Source: Giardia intestinalis (lineage: Eukaryota). Taken from it: a stretch of DNA of 64,000 bases. Below, piece by piece: positions 52,334 through 62,225 of the stretch (positions are counted from its first letter, which is position 1; the number at the start of each line of letters is the position of its first letter). Location of the stretch: the NCBI GenBank assembly GCA_000002435.2, contig CM018793.1. One strand, given 5' to 3'. Under the pieces are notes generated by a model. The model saw only the letters and a list, made by a program, of their open reading frames with translations, ran no database searches and had not been told where the DNA came from. The position numbers and the translations under genes were made by a program.

Positions 52334-52465
52334 AATGTATTAGCCAGTAGTTTACACAGAGGTACTGCAGTGATCTGCTCTTACAAAGTAACGCTGACTG
52401 GCGCGAAGAGTACAAAGGGTATCACTCTATTATGCTTTACGCCTAATGTAAATGTATTAGGTCTA

Positions 52466-54166
52466 TCAATCTGCATCAGTATTAAATAGAAGATCTTCTT
52501 GGTATTGTAATTCTTGATACTGTAATGGGAATGAGACAGAGAGGTCGTCTGTGGACGCCGGGCCTGCTTCTAGCTGACTGCTGCTGTGAGTGGAGTATAA
52601 GTTGCTTCTTTGCAGAGCAAGCTCAAGTGCCTGATTACTGGTAGACGAGTTTAGGTGCTCAGCTGACACGGATGTACTGGACCAGACGGCAAAGTCTGGA
52701 TGACTGCTAGAACAGGTGTCAAAGCCACCCAAAGGTGTGCCAACACTCATGTGTGTGTTGGAAGAGTGTGTCGACGTGCTGAAGCAATCGATAGAATCTG
52801 CTTCAAAGTTCTGACAAAGTGGAGGCTCATCGTCGCAGCAGCTTACATGCATTCTTGAGGCAGGACCTTGAGATGCTGCAAAACCAAGCTGGTCTGCACC
52901 AGACGTGGGACATGCCGCTGCCGAGATTGATGATTCTGATGGTGTTTGGGGAGCCGCAGAATATCGTAGTTTCCATACATACTTACCTGCCTCTTTTATC
53001 AGCTCTGCAGACGTCGTGCAAACGGGGCATATGCAGACAATATTGTGAATTGGGCTGAGCGGGTTCGGTGCGGAGGGTCTTCCAGAATCTCCTTTATGTA
53101 CTGAGCTAAAGGTAAGAATGTCACCAGCTCTCATGATACGGAGCGTTTGAATGCTTCCGCATTGTCTGCACAATGCATTCAGGTATGAACCTTCTTCGAG
53201 CTTTACTAGCCCAACAGTAGTGAAGATGGGCTCCGGTGACTTCTGTTCTTCGCGATGCTGATGCAGGGGATGTACCATAGAAGGTACAGATCCGCCTAGC
53301 TCACTAAAAACGAAAGGCAGTGTTATAGAACCAAAGTAGTTGATGGGGAAGGAGAATAAGCACCCACTCTCCATGTAAAGCAGCGGCACCCCAGTGGATT
53401 CCATGGGAGAATCTTTTGAGATCGCACTAGTTTCTACAGGTGAACGATGTTGAGAAATATTTGGATGCACTGGGCGATTGTGTGAAGGTAATAACAAGGG
53501 GCTTGGACTAGGGAGCTCGCCCTGTCCTGGCAGAGGGCCTGTGGGTGATAGAGGCGGACAGGGAAGCTGGATGAGGTAGGGTGGCAGCTCATTTAATTGT
53601 ACTTTTGCAGGAGACAGGATTTTCAATGGATCGAGAAGGACAGGCACTAGATGGGGCTCTTTATGGGCAGCTTCGGAAGATTTGTCCTTGCGTGCTGCAC
53701 GAGGAGACGCGGGACCATGTACTTTTTGCTTGGTGTCAGATTGACCTCTCTTCACGTCGTCCTTCATGAGCTCCTGCGCCCGTTTTATCATAATGACAAT
53801 GTTCTGGTGACTCTTGCTATGTATCTTAGAACGCTTTCGGTGTGTAGCCCTCACTAGGTTATGAAACTTACTTTTAATGGAATCTACGGTACGTGTTGGA
53901 AAGAACTGACGATACTGCGCCCAGTCGTTGCCAAAGTACATCAGAAAAAGCTTTAGGAGAAGCTCCTCGTCCTTCGTATCCCAGGTTGATGTACGTTTCA
54001 CGAGAACATTGTTCAATCCACAGGCTACAACCCCATCTGACATTGAACTTAGTGTGAACTTTGCCGAATTAAGAGGACATGCTTCTTGCTTGCAAGTACA
54101 TTTATTGTCCTTCGGATGTCGTGACTGTATACCATGTGACATACTAGTTGAGTTGGTAGAATACAT
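52466..54166 (-). CDS. Myb/SANT-domain DNA-binding protein (566 aa)
   Basis: Single Myb-like repeat WDTKDEELLLKLFLMYFGNDWAQYRQFFPTRTVDSIKSKFHNL. Real ATG at 54166 after ttaattaataa. The remainder is Ser/Pro-rich. Confidence 0.6.
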   Translation of the reverse strand: MYSTNSTSMSHGIQSRHPKDNKCTCKQEACPLNSAKFTLSSMSDGVVACGLNNVLVKRTSTWDTKDEELLLKLFLMYFGNDWAQYRQFFPTRTVDSIKSKFHNLVRATHRKRSKIHSKSHQNIVIMIKRAQELMKDDVKRGQSDTKQKVHGPASPRAARKDKSSEAAHKEPHLVPVLLDPLKILSPAKVQLNELPPYLIQLPCPPLSPTGPLPGQGELPSPSPLLLPSHNRPVHPNISQHRSPVETSAISKDSPMESTGVPLLYMESGCLFSFPINYFGSITLPFVFSELGGSVPSMVHPLHQHREEQKSPEPIFTTVGLVKLEEGSYLNALCRQCGSIQTLRIMRAGDILTFSSVHKGDSGRPSAPNPLSPIHNIVCICPVCTTSAELIKEAGKYVWKLRYSAAPQTPSESSISAAACPTSGADQLGFAASQGPASRMHVSCCDDEPPLCQNFEADSIDCFSTSTHSSNTHMSVGTPLGGFDTCSSSHPDFAVWSSTSVSAEHLNSSTSNQALELALQRSNLYSTHSSSQLEAGPASTDDLSVSFPLQYQELQYQEDLLFNTDAD

Positions 54167-54574
54167 TTATTAATTAAGAACCCAAAAAATGAATTATAAT
54201 AACTTGAGAAACGGGAATCTTGGAAACTGCAGAGACAAGCTTAGCCGTCGTGCAGAAATGAATCAGGTCACTAACTAGCGGGAGGTGCTTTAAAGAATAT
54301 TTATATGGATTTTTAAAAAGATACTTAAACTTTTTAGGATTGAATATTGATCTGCTGAAACGTTGCGAATAAACTATTCGCATTCGTATATGTATGAGAA
54401 GAATGTGTTAGTATGCGTTGCGCTAATTGTTATAAACTTAAAACCCGCAACTTGGTTATGTCTGTGGCCGACGAAGAAGACCTCCTGAATTAACCTCTGG
54501 CGTTAACTTGCCTCTCCTTACCCCAGATTCCGGTTCCAGATTAATCAAACTTTTTCAATTGCAATTAAATCCTC

Positions 54575-54898
54575 TTAGAGTATATCCAGAGATATAACTT
54601 TGACTATATACGTTGCAGACTGGGGCGCGTTTCCACAATGAGCAAGACTAGTCGGTACAATGTAATGGAAAACGCTATGAAGAGATTGGAAGCGATCTTC
54701 ACATAATGTATGGAGCTTCGCTGATGGAGCCCTGGGGCTCACTGTTGTCTCGAGCCAGCATTTGTAGAGACCCACAGACTCAACGGCGTTGTAGAATACT
54801 GGGGGCTTTAGAGGCATTCGCCCGTTCTTTAAATATTCACCAAAAAAGTCCCTGTAGACCGTTGTAGCGTAGAAGACAGTAGCCAGTAGTCTCACCAT
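54575..54898 (-). CDS. Small hypothetical protein (107 aa)
   Basis: Real ATG at 54898 with leader ttgtaattaa. It lies in an otherwise AT-rich intergenic stretch. There is no homology I can assert. Confidence 0.35.
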   Translation of the reverse strand: MVRLLATVFYATTVYRDFFGEYLKNGRMPLKPPVFYNAVESVGLYKCWLETTVSPRAPSAKLHTLCEDRFQSLHSVFHYIVPTSLAHCGNAPQSATYIVKVISLDIL

Positions 54899-55322
54899 TT
54901 AATTACAAGCCCTTCCTTATCAAATGATACCATCACTGGGCACAATATATTTTTTTCTTGAACTAAGGATATAACAACTACTCTAGCCAGACTTTCCTGC
55001 TCCACGTTACCGATACTCACACCTGGGACGTACTTGTTTGTCTGGATAAGTAGTTTGCACTATTAACGGCCTGAATTGCGACCCGCAATTTCATTTTTAC
55101 CTTAGAATGAATGACTTATCACAACAACAAAACAGGAGAGTCCCCAAAAGTTGTTATTTACAATACTAGCAAGCAGAACCTAAGAGTATTGCATAATAAC
55201 GATCAGAGACAGAAACACGAGGCCGTCTTAAAAAGGCGGTTGTTCTTTTTGGGAAACAAGGCAATACACCCCCAGTGCACAGGAAGCTAGGTGCCGTTTG
55301 TCACGTGCATACCCTTTGTGTG

Positions 55323-56813
55323 CTACTTTTTAATGTGCAGCACCCTATTCGGCCGTTTTCGGGATGCTCCGTAGACCGTGTCTCCATAGGCCCTTGCTAT
55401 TTCGTTCCAGATGTCCAGCGTCATCTGATTTGTGGCAAATATATCCAGAACGTCCTTGTACTCATCTTCTGCACGAGGAATATACAGGCTTGTCAACGGT
55501 TTAATTGTTGGACAAAATAAGATGGAATTATCCTCGCGAAACGGACAAAGAACCCGTGTAGCTATGCACCAGCGTTCAGTATCTTCGTAATAGCGAAAGG
55601 TTTTTGACAGAGATTCGCGGGATTCGTCCGCAGGGGTGAGACAAAAGGGCAAACACCTCCAGTCAGTCGGGAATGCCTCATTCACGGTGTTTCGTGGCCC
55701 AAAATTGAACTCTATAGACCCATACAAGAATGAGGAGCCTGCTGCATAGTATCTATCATGGGGGAGGTTGTGAATAGTACACCTAGGTTTTCCATTGACG
55801 AAAAAAGTGGCAAAGGATCCCTTAGAAAGCGGCCTAAGGTCATCCTTTTGAGCTTCAGCATTCTTTTTTCTCGATGGTATACCGGATTCATCAGCACTGG
55901 ATAGCTGGGATGCTTCTAAAGTTATCTGCATGCTTGTATTCTGACTAGGTATGGTGGCCTTTGTTCCTGACTTAACAAGTGACTTTTCATGGCTCTTATC
56001 AATACCCAGCTCAACCTCTTTTGGTAACTCTGGCAAGTCTGGGTTTTTAGGCAGATGGAGCAGGACACCAATGGTGTCACCTGGCCCGTAGAAAAAGGGT
56101 CCTCGAGAGACGTTTTCGGCTAGTCCATCTGATGGGAAAAATTCTACGTATGTGTGCACGGCATTGCTATCTGACAATGTGTTGTCAAAGAGGGCAGCAT
56201 CCTTTGCATCCTCTTCAGCAAGCACCATAGAAAGTGTCTCGCCAGGCTTCCGGGCCCTCCGCGCCAATCTTGTGTTGCTGGTGTGTCTCTCCCTTAGATG
56301 GCAGAGGCTTCCGTCGACAGACCGAAGACCAAACCCATAGGAATCATATCCCACGGCCCAGCCCGTTTCAAGCTCAGAACATGCTATGCCGATACGCCAC
56401 TGTGGTCGATACTGTAGTTCAGAAATGGCGTTTATTTCCTCCTCTGTGATGTCCATCGGTGGATGGGGCATTGCTTCGAAGTAGAACGTCCCGCCCGAAA
56501 CGCCGTGGGTGGAGCGGCAGGACCGATATCCCTGGGTTCCATACATAGTAAGTTGGTCCTTACTGAGCTGTATGGCGTGATCTCTGCAGATCTCATTGAG
56601 ACACACATTACCCAGATTAATCGGATTGGTATCGCCGACGTACTCCTTCAGTCGTTTAAGAATATTGTAGGTCATCAGCTGGTCTTGTGTAAATGCTCCA
56701 AGGGCTGGGATTTGTGGTTGATCTAAGGGCTTCTCTGACATTAAATTTTGAGACGATGTTCTAATGGGAGTTTCAGACTGCAATAGACACCAGAGCGATG
56801 ACGATAGAAGCAT
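55323..56813 (-). CDS. SPRY (B30.2) domain-containing protein (496 aa)
   Basis: SPRY-like signature GVSGGTFYFEAM ... QWRIGIACSELETGWAVGYDSYGFGL, and later FFVNGKPRCTIHNLPH ... YAAGSSFLYGSIEFNFGP. Real ATG at 56813. Confidence 0.55.
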   Translation of the reverse strand: MLLSSSLWCLLQSETPIRTSSQNLMSEKPLDQPQIPALGAFTQDQLMTYNILKRLKEYVGDTNPINLGNVCLNEICRDHAIQLSKDQLTMYGTQGYRSCRSTHGVSGGTFYFEAMPHPPMDITEEEINAISELQYRPQWRIGIACSELETGWAVGYDSYGFGLRSVDGSLCHLRERHTSNTRLARRARKPGETLSMVLAEEDAKDAALFDNTLSDSNAVHTYVEFFPSDGLAENVSRGPFFYGPGDTIGVLLHLPKNPDLPELPKEVELGIDKSHEKSLVKSGTKATIPSQNTSMQITLEASQLSSADESGIPSRKKNAEAQKDDLRPLSKGSFATFFVNGKPRCTIHNLPHDRYYAAGSSFLYGSIEFNFGPRNTVNEAFPTDWRCLPFCLTPADESRESLSKTFRYYEDTERWCIATRVLCPFREDNSILFCPTIKPLTSLYIPRAEDEYKDVLDIFATNQMTLDIWNEIARAYGDTVYGASRKRPNRVLHIKK

Positions 56814-56896
56814 GGTGTAGCTCAGGCGAGGCTGGAACGAAACAAACTATGACTGATTGTGACTCTGTGTTATCTTTCTTAAGAATAAATATTCTC

Positions 56897-59203
56897 ATGA
56901 AGGATACAGTCTATCCAGAAGATGCCGAAATCGCGCGGTTAGAACGCATCCTTGGCAAAGGTGCACAGTACGCTCTTCAGGAATATGGCTTCGAGGACCT
57001 TTTTGCGCCTGGACAGAGTTCTTTTATCTATAATGAATCTGGCGAATCTACAGGTAACGACAGCCTAGCGTCATCAGTCTACAGCGCAGACTCTGAAGAG
57101 CATCACCTCCCTGCATTTCTGCACCCTCCAGAGGATGCCCCTATCACGGAGACCGTCACTTGTGAAGCCCCCGGACCCAATATCCTTGGCATAGCGTCGT
57201 CTTCAATTACTAAGTATATGAATAAGCTAGTAGAAACCAATATAGAAGAGGTCGTTGATGGAATCCTTGCTTCGCGGCCTTTTTATGAAACAGATGGCTA
57301 TATGGGAGTTGACCTTGCAAACATTATTGTGGCCAGTATAGCAAACTCATATGATCAATCCTCAACAATGGGGGCACTTCTTGGCGCTTTTTTATATTGC
57401 TTGCACCTCAAGAACTCACAAGTTTGTCACGCATGCGTGAGTAACCTCTACGTGAACCTTCACGATACCATAGCAAATGCACCGATCTACTCTACAACTA
57501 CTGAACTCACTTTTATGCAGAGCCTTACAGAGGAAAGTGACTCTGAAGCCCTAGTCAGCAATCTTGTTGAGGCCCTGTCATACGCCATAGCGTTCCGTGG
57601 GGCTGCGGTAACCCCTCTGGGCAACCTCTTAGAGACCATGCTGCACTGCCAAGTAATCATCACTCTGGTGACTGAGGAAAGCACGACCGTCGTGGAGTTT
57701 CATGTGTTGAGCCCAGCGGTATACAAACTGCTGAGTAGGATTTTGCGAATAGCAGCATCTTTGCTGCTTAGTCTCTGCCCTCTCCAGTATAAAGCCTTAA
57801 GCAAACAAATTACACATGACTCTGGGGTGATGAAACAGATACTTCTCTCCCCGCACGCCTCGCTAGAACAACGGCGATTTGCCACAAGACTGCAGGTCTA
57901 TGAAGCAATGATCAAAGAAGCTAGATCTTTGGGGCTGCATACAAAGAAAGATGTGCCAGTCGCTCCCAATCTACGTGGTATCTACGAATTCATGCATAGC
58001 ATGAAGAGTGGAAAGCAGGCTACATTGCAAGAGCAAAGCCTCAACGACTGCTTTGCCATCGTCAGTCAGATAAAGAAATTCCCACATGACAAGCATATAG
58101 AGCCAAATCTGTTAGAGAAGGGCCAAGAGAGTAGTCTACGGTCTGTCGGCGCCATTATGTCGCTTCTATGGGATATGCTTTTAACTAAGGCGATAGCAGA
58201 GGAGTTCACCAGCGGTCCCTTACGACATAGACCTGTGAACTCAAATGGCCTTCGGTATTCTGAGGGAGAACTTATTGCTTGCAAATATTTCTGCTTCATA
58301 TTTGATGACATAGCGCAGAAACTTGTGGACCCAGAGAGATTCAGTGCTGCATGGAGGAATGCATACAGAACCGAGGGCCCTTCTAATACTATGTTGGACG
58401 CCTTCACTAACTATGTTTCTAAGCAACTCTCTTATCTCTCTTCGCAAGAGGGTATTGAACACAGTATAAAAACTTATCTGGATAAGCCGCTTCAAAAGCT
58501 CACCGTCCCCTCACTTTTTTCTATTATATTAACTGTTAATGCAGATCGTTCGTATACTGACCATACCTTGATACTATTATTACGAAGCATTATCGCTGCA
58601 CCAGGAAGACATGATTTCCGTTATCAGCTGGGACTTGCCATCTGGGATTATGTGGCCGGTCTTCAAAACAACAGCAGGCAGATCACCAACACGGCGCGCA
58701 TCGTAGGGTACCTTTTGGGATGCCCAACTGAATCGGGGATCCACGGAATATCTTATAGCATTCTAAAGAAGCACGTCCTATGTGACAGCAGCAGCATTCA
58801 GACTAAGTCTACTAGAAGTACATTACCTCTGGCCGTTCGCACTTTCTACGACTTTCTCTTTTGCTTCCTACTAACAGGAAAAACGCATAGACTTGAGAAC
58901 TCATCCGGGACTGACATCTATCATTCGCGGATGGCGTTTGGTCCCCTCATTGGCCACGTCGACCAGGGCTTATTAATATACAATAAGTATGAAGAGAAAG
59001 AAACAGATGGTATGGGCCGTGTACGCCGTGGCACATTACTGTATCTGGACGATCTTCTGGCCGCTTACACCCAAGGGGATAAAACCGTGCGTAAAATAGT
59101 AAGTCACTTGTATGCAGATGGAGCCGTTTTCGAGGAGCATTGCAAGAAGTTGGTGGGCCTCCTGCTCGAAAAGGTCGGGCTTGCAGTAACCAACAGGGTT
59201 TAG
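56897..59203 (+). CDS. Hypothetical protein, about 768 aa. The start is uncertain: ATGs at 56798, 56849 and 56897 are all in frame.
   Basis: Long uninterrupted ORF. The ATG at 56798 would overlap the SPRY gene start on the opposite strand. The ATG at 56897 has the most AT-rich leader (aagaataaatattctc). No recognisable domain. Confidence 0.55.
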   Translation: MKDTVYPEDAEIARLERILGKGAQYALQEYGFEDLFAPGQSSFIYNESGESTGNDSLASSVYSADSEEHHLPAFLHPPEDAPITETVTCEAPGPNILGIASSSITKYMNKLVETNIEEVVDGILASRPFYETDGYMGVDLANIIVASIANSYDQSSTMGALLGAFLYCLHLKNSQVCHACVSNLYVNLHDTIANAPIYSTTTELTFMQSLTEESDSEALVSNLVEALSYAIAFRGAAVTPLGNLLETMLHCQVIITLVTEESTTVVEFHVLSPAVYKLLSRILRIAASLLLSLCPLQYKALSKQITHDSGVMKQILLSPHASLEQRRFATRLQVYEAMIKEARSLGLHTKKDVPVAPNLRGIYEFMHSMKSGKQATLQEQSLNDCFAIVSQIKKFPHDKHIEPNLLEKGQESSLRSVGAIMSLLWDMLLTKAIAEEFTSGPLRHRPVNSNGLRYSEGELIACKYFCFIFDDIAQKLVDPERFSAAWRNAYRTEGPSNTMLDAFTNYVSKQLSYLSSQEGIEHSIKTYLDKPLQKLTVPSLFSIILTVNADRSYTDHTLILLLRSIIAAPGRHDFRYQLGLAIWDYVAGLQNNSRQITNTARIVGYLLGCPTESGIHGISYSILKKHVLCDSSSIQTKSTRSTLPLAVRTFYDFLFCFLLTGKTHRLENSSGTDIYHSRMAFGPLIGHVDQGLLIYNKYEEKETDGMGRVRRGTLLYLDDLLAAYTQGDKTVRKIVSHLYADGAVFEEHCKKLVGLLLEKVGLAVTNRV

Positions 59204-59228
59204 TGCTGAATCAAAAAAAGAGAGAGAA

Positions 59229-61235
59229 ATGAAGAAGCAATATTTGAGGCAAGGGACCGTTGCCGTGAACTGGCTTCAGCTGTATGAACTAGATTTTCCT
59301 TCCATCCTGGCATCGGACGCGACTGATGAGCTTACAAAGATCAGCACGCAGCTTTTGTATGGGGACTTTCGGTCACTCAGCGACCCTCAGTACCACACTT
59401 ACTGCTATGCAGCCTTGCAGGCTCTGCAGATGTATGGCCAGTACCTTGCTGGAATATATCACGAACAAGCAGAGAAGCTAACAGAAGCCCAGAATTTTTA
59501 TCTTAAAGCAGAAGCGGCCCCGGAAACCCTAAAGAAACGCCTAGAGGAGTACCAAGCGGAGAACAAGCACCTTAAGGAGGTAATACGCAACATAACTCAG
59601 ATGAATGCGTCCCTACTGAAGAGGTTTGTGTGCCTTAGGGATCAGTTTAACTCTGTTGTTCCTCTCCTGCAATTGCTTCCCAAGTGCCGCTGTGGCAAGA
59701 CATTTATCAGTAAGGATACTCTTCTTCATCATATGAAGGTATCTCATCCCCATTGGCCGATTCCTCCAGAGTATGAGGAGAGGTATTTTGTCGCTCCTCA
59801 GAAGCCTAGGCGAATAGCGAAGACAAGATTGGTTGAGAGCGCAAGGAGCTACCAGCGTAGCGACAGTGGTAATGACGATGAAGCCTGTTACGAGAGTCAA
59901 GACTCTGATCCTGAGCCCCCGGGTAAGGCGGAAGCCTTTCACAGAGCCTCTAAAAGATCAAAGCGACAGACACGCGTGGTCACATCACCAGTCCCGCGAT
60001 CCTACTCAAATAACGGCGAGTATAGTTCTGCGCATGGAAAAATCCTAGAGAGCTCTTATGAGCCACCACGATCGTACTCTTCATATGTTCCGCAGTCTCA
60101 AGTTATAACTGCAAGATCCAACCATTCCTCAGCGCCAACTGCTGTGCACGTGGTCCCCGGACCCAAAGAACATGGCCAGTTGCAGTACATAATTCCGCAT
60201 AACGTCTCACCAGGACATGTGGCTGCGTCAGAGTCTACCCACAATAACCTCAAAAGTGATGAACTCGAGGCACTGGTCGAACGGGCCATTGCACGTAGCT
60301 TGAGCACTTATAAGGCCACTTTCCAACCCACTGGCTGCGCTGCTGATGACGATAGCCAAAGGGGCGCACCTCTCCCTCCCCCTATCATGACTTCGTGTGG
60401 GCCTCCCTACTTGAGCAGTCAGGTTGGAGAACAGCAGACACTGCTGTATCAACCAGAGGACTACGAAATATGCCCTACTAGCAAGACAGAGCTGAAATCT
60501 CCGATAGGCTTCCGACAGACTGCTGCGCCAGCCACTGATATGACTAGGACTGCTCGTCTAGAGCAAGCTTCCGAGGCGGCAAGTAGTGTGAAGCCACCGC
60601 CCTATGCACTCGTCCCAAACTATGTCTCCTCACAATTGGGCTCAGAGTCACTACAATCCTTACATGAAAGAGACCCATTTTCAGGACAAGCGAGCGTGCC
60701 CTCACAACACCAGACGAATCCGGCATCTAGTGTAGCGCCGATCAATCCTACAATACTCCAAGCCACAGCACCTGTAGTCACGCTAAATCCAAGTGCCACC
60801 TTTGTCCATCCTCCGGATAACATTCTTAGCCCGTTGCACAATAAGCAGAAGGTAGAGCAGCAGAATCAAGAGTCCCAGGCGCACGCTCCTGCAGCCATCA
60901 GCCAAGTAAGTAGAGAAAGCACCCTGTTCGCCGAAGACCCAGAGCCTCAGCCAGACACGTCTACAGCAGAAAATATTGCACATATAAATGACGCCTTGAC
61001 AGAGCATGTAAGGGAAACTTGGCCGGAGCTTTTTCAGAAGCCCGAGGCTCTTCCGTACAATCTGGACTTAACCGAGCCGGAGATTCTTCGTCGGATAAGT
61101 GTGCTGAATAGGAGCATTAACAACGCCGTCGCTGCAAACAATATTATGCACTCTAGCCTTTCGGGCTATCATTCCTCTCTCAGCACGTATGAAGAATTTG
61201 GAAGCACCATAAATGACCTCTCACATAGATCGTGA
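59229..61235 (+). CDS. Hypothetical coiled-coil protein with a single C2H2-like zinc-finger motif (668 aa)
   Basis: ATG at 59229 after aaaaaagagagagaa. Coiled-coil stretch LKKRLEEYQAENKHLKEVIRN. CRCGKTFISKDTLLHHMKVSH. The C-terminal half is Ser/Pro/Gln-rich low complexity. Confidence 0.6.
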   Translation: MKKQYLRQGTVAVNWLQLYELDFPSILASDATDELTKISTQLLYGDFRSLSDPQYHTYCYAALQALQMYGQYLAGIYHEQAEKLTEAQNFYLKAEAAPETLKKRLEEYQAENKHLKEVIRNITQMNASLLKRFVCLRDQFNSVVPLLQLLPKCRCGKTFISKDTLLHHMKVSHPHWPIPPEYEERYFVAPQKPRRIAKTRLVESARSYQRSDSGNDDEACYESQDSDPEPPGKAEAFHRASKRSKRQTRVVTSPVPRSYSNNGEYSSAHGKILESSYEPPRSYSSYVPQSQVITARSNHSSAPTAVHVVPGPKEHGQLQYIIPHNVSPGHVAASESTHNNLKSDELEALVERAIARSLSTYKATFQPTGCAADDDSQRGAPLPPPIMTSCGPPYLSSQVGEQQTLLYQPEDYEICPTSKTELKSPIGFRQTAAPATDMTRTARLEQASEAASSVKPPPYALVPNYVSSQLGSESLQSLHERDPFSGQASVPSQHQTNPASSVAPINPTILQATAPVVTLNPSATFVHPPDNILSPLHNKQKVEQQNQESQAHAPAAISQVSRESTLFAEDPEPQPDTSTAENIAHINDALTEHVRETWPELFQKPEALPYNLDLTEPEILRRISVLNRSINNAVAANNIMHSSLSGYHSSLSTYEEFGSTINDLSHRS

Positions 61236-61347
61236 ATCAACGCTCTCATGGCTGCTTAGAATGGTGAGGAACATATGCTGAGTACTGACTAGCACATTCT
61301 CACTATGCAAATTGACGGTATGTAACGCAATCCCGATTTACTCTTTA

Positions 61348-62136
61348 TCACGCATCACTACTTGTACTGTAACTGTAGTCGCTGCTGTATGAATAGCCTG
61401 ATGCATTACCGCTTTCAGCTAACAGCTCACGATCTTGATCGTTCTCCTGGTCGTTTTCGCCTGTTGTTAGGGGAGCACTTGGCATGTCCAAGACGCTAGA
61501 TGGATCTACCTTACCTTGCACGACTTTGTAGTAGGTAGCCAAATCACTATACCAGCTGTTTTTTCTTTTGAGATACAATTCATAGATCAATCTTACTTTT
61601 TCTATTGGATTAACACTGTATTTTGTACCCCCAAACGAGCGTAAGATGGCATCAAGTCCTGTCATTCCCTTTACGTAAGACACAGAGCCGTAGTAGCTGT
61701 GATTTAAATCTAGTATTCGTCGGGAAGGGACGTGCACCCCAAGTTGGTTGAGAATTTTTTGCGTGTTGAATCCGAGGACTTTGTTGACCAGGAACTTCCG
61801 TACTTCGCTGCGCACGTCGGCAATGGATATAGCTCCTTCAAAGTCTGCTGCTGTTAAGGATGTTTCCGGGGTTCTATAGTCCGTTATGGGGGCGTAGGGA
61901 AGGAACACAGAATTATAAATGATCCGCTTCGAAGAATCTATAGCAATCAGCCTTGCAAGGCTGCTCCTAATGTGTGTGCCGGTGCCTGTCTGTATAAATA
62001 CTCCGTAAAGGGTCACGATGTTGAGGGAGTCTGACCGGATGGCAGTTTTAGTCTCTTGAGCCTCTGACGCAAACTTTTTGAGAGCTGGCGCTGCACCTTT
62101 CCGGGGTTTTTGCCAATTTTGGTCGACTATTCTCAT
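61348..62136 (-). CDS. REX4-like DEDDh 3-prime to 5-prime exonuclease-family protein with apparent substitutions at catalytic positions (262 aa)
   Basis: Strong local similarity to the REX4 core (VFLPYAPITDYRTPETSLTAADF versus YVKPTEPVTDYRTAVSGIRPENL). However, the Exo I motif reads IAIDSS rather than DCE, and the Exo II/III His and Asp are not evident. Real ATG at 62136. Confidence 0.45.
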   Translation of the reverse strand: MRIVDQNWQKPRKGAAPALKKFASEAQETKTAIRSDSLNIVTLYGVFIQTGTGTHIRSSLARLIAIDSSKRIIYNSVFLPYAPITDYRTPETSLTAADFEGAISIADVRSEVRKFLVNKVLGFNTQKILNQLGVHVPSRRILDLNHSYYGSVSYVKGMTGLDAILRSFGGTKYSVNPIEKVRLIYELYLKRKNSWYSDLATYYKVVQGKVDPSSVLDMPSAPLTTGENDQENDQDRELLAESGNASGYSYSSDYSYSTSSDA

Positions 62137-62225
62137 TTGATTTAATTAGCAAAGTGTAAAGCGCTATGTAAATTTATCACCAAGACCCTCTTTTTAGGGT
62201 CAATTTTCCAGTTTGAATTTCTAAA

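Noticed and set aside
54170-55322. Possible tRNA or other structured RNA in the AT-rich intergenic stretches around the small 107-aa ORF
   Set aside because: I could not find a cloverleaf-compatible segment or conserved T-loop (GTTCGAATC-like) motif by eye. I leave it uncalled without a proper tRNA or ncRNA scan.
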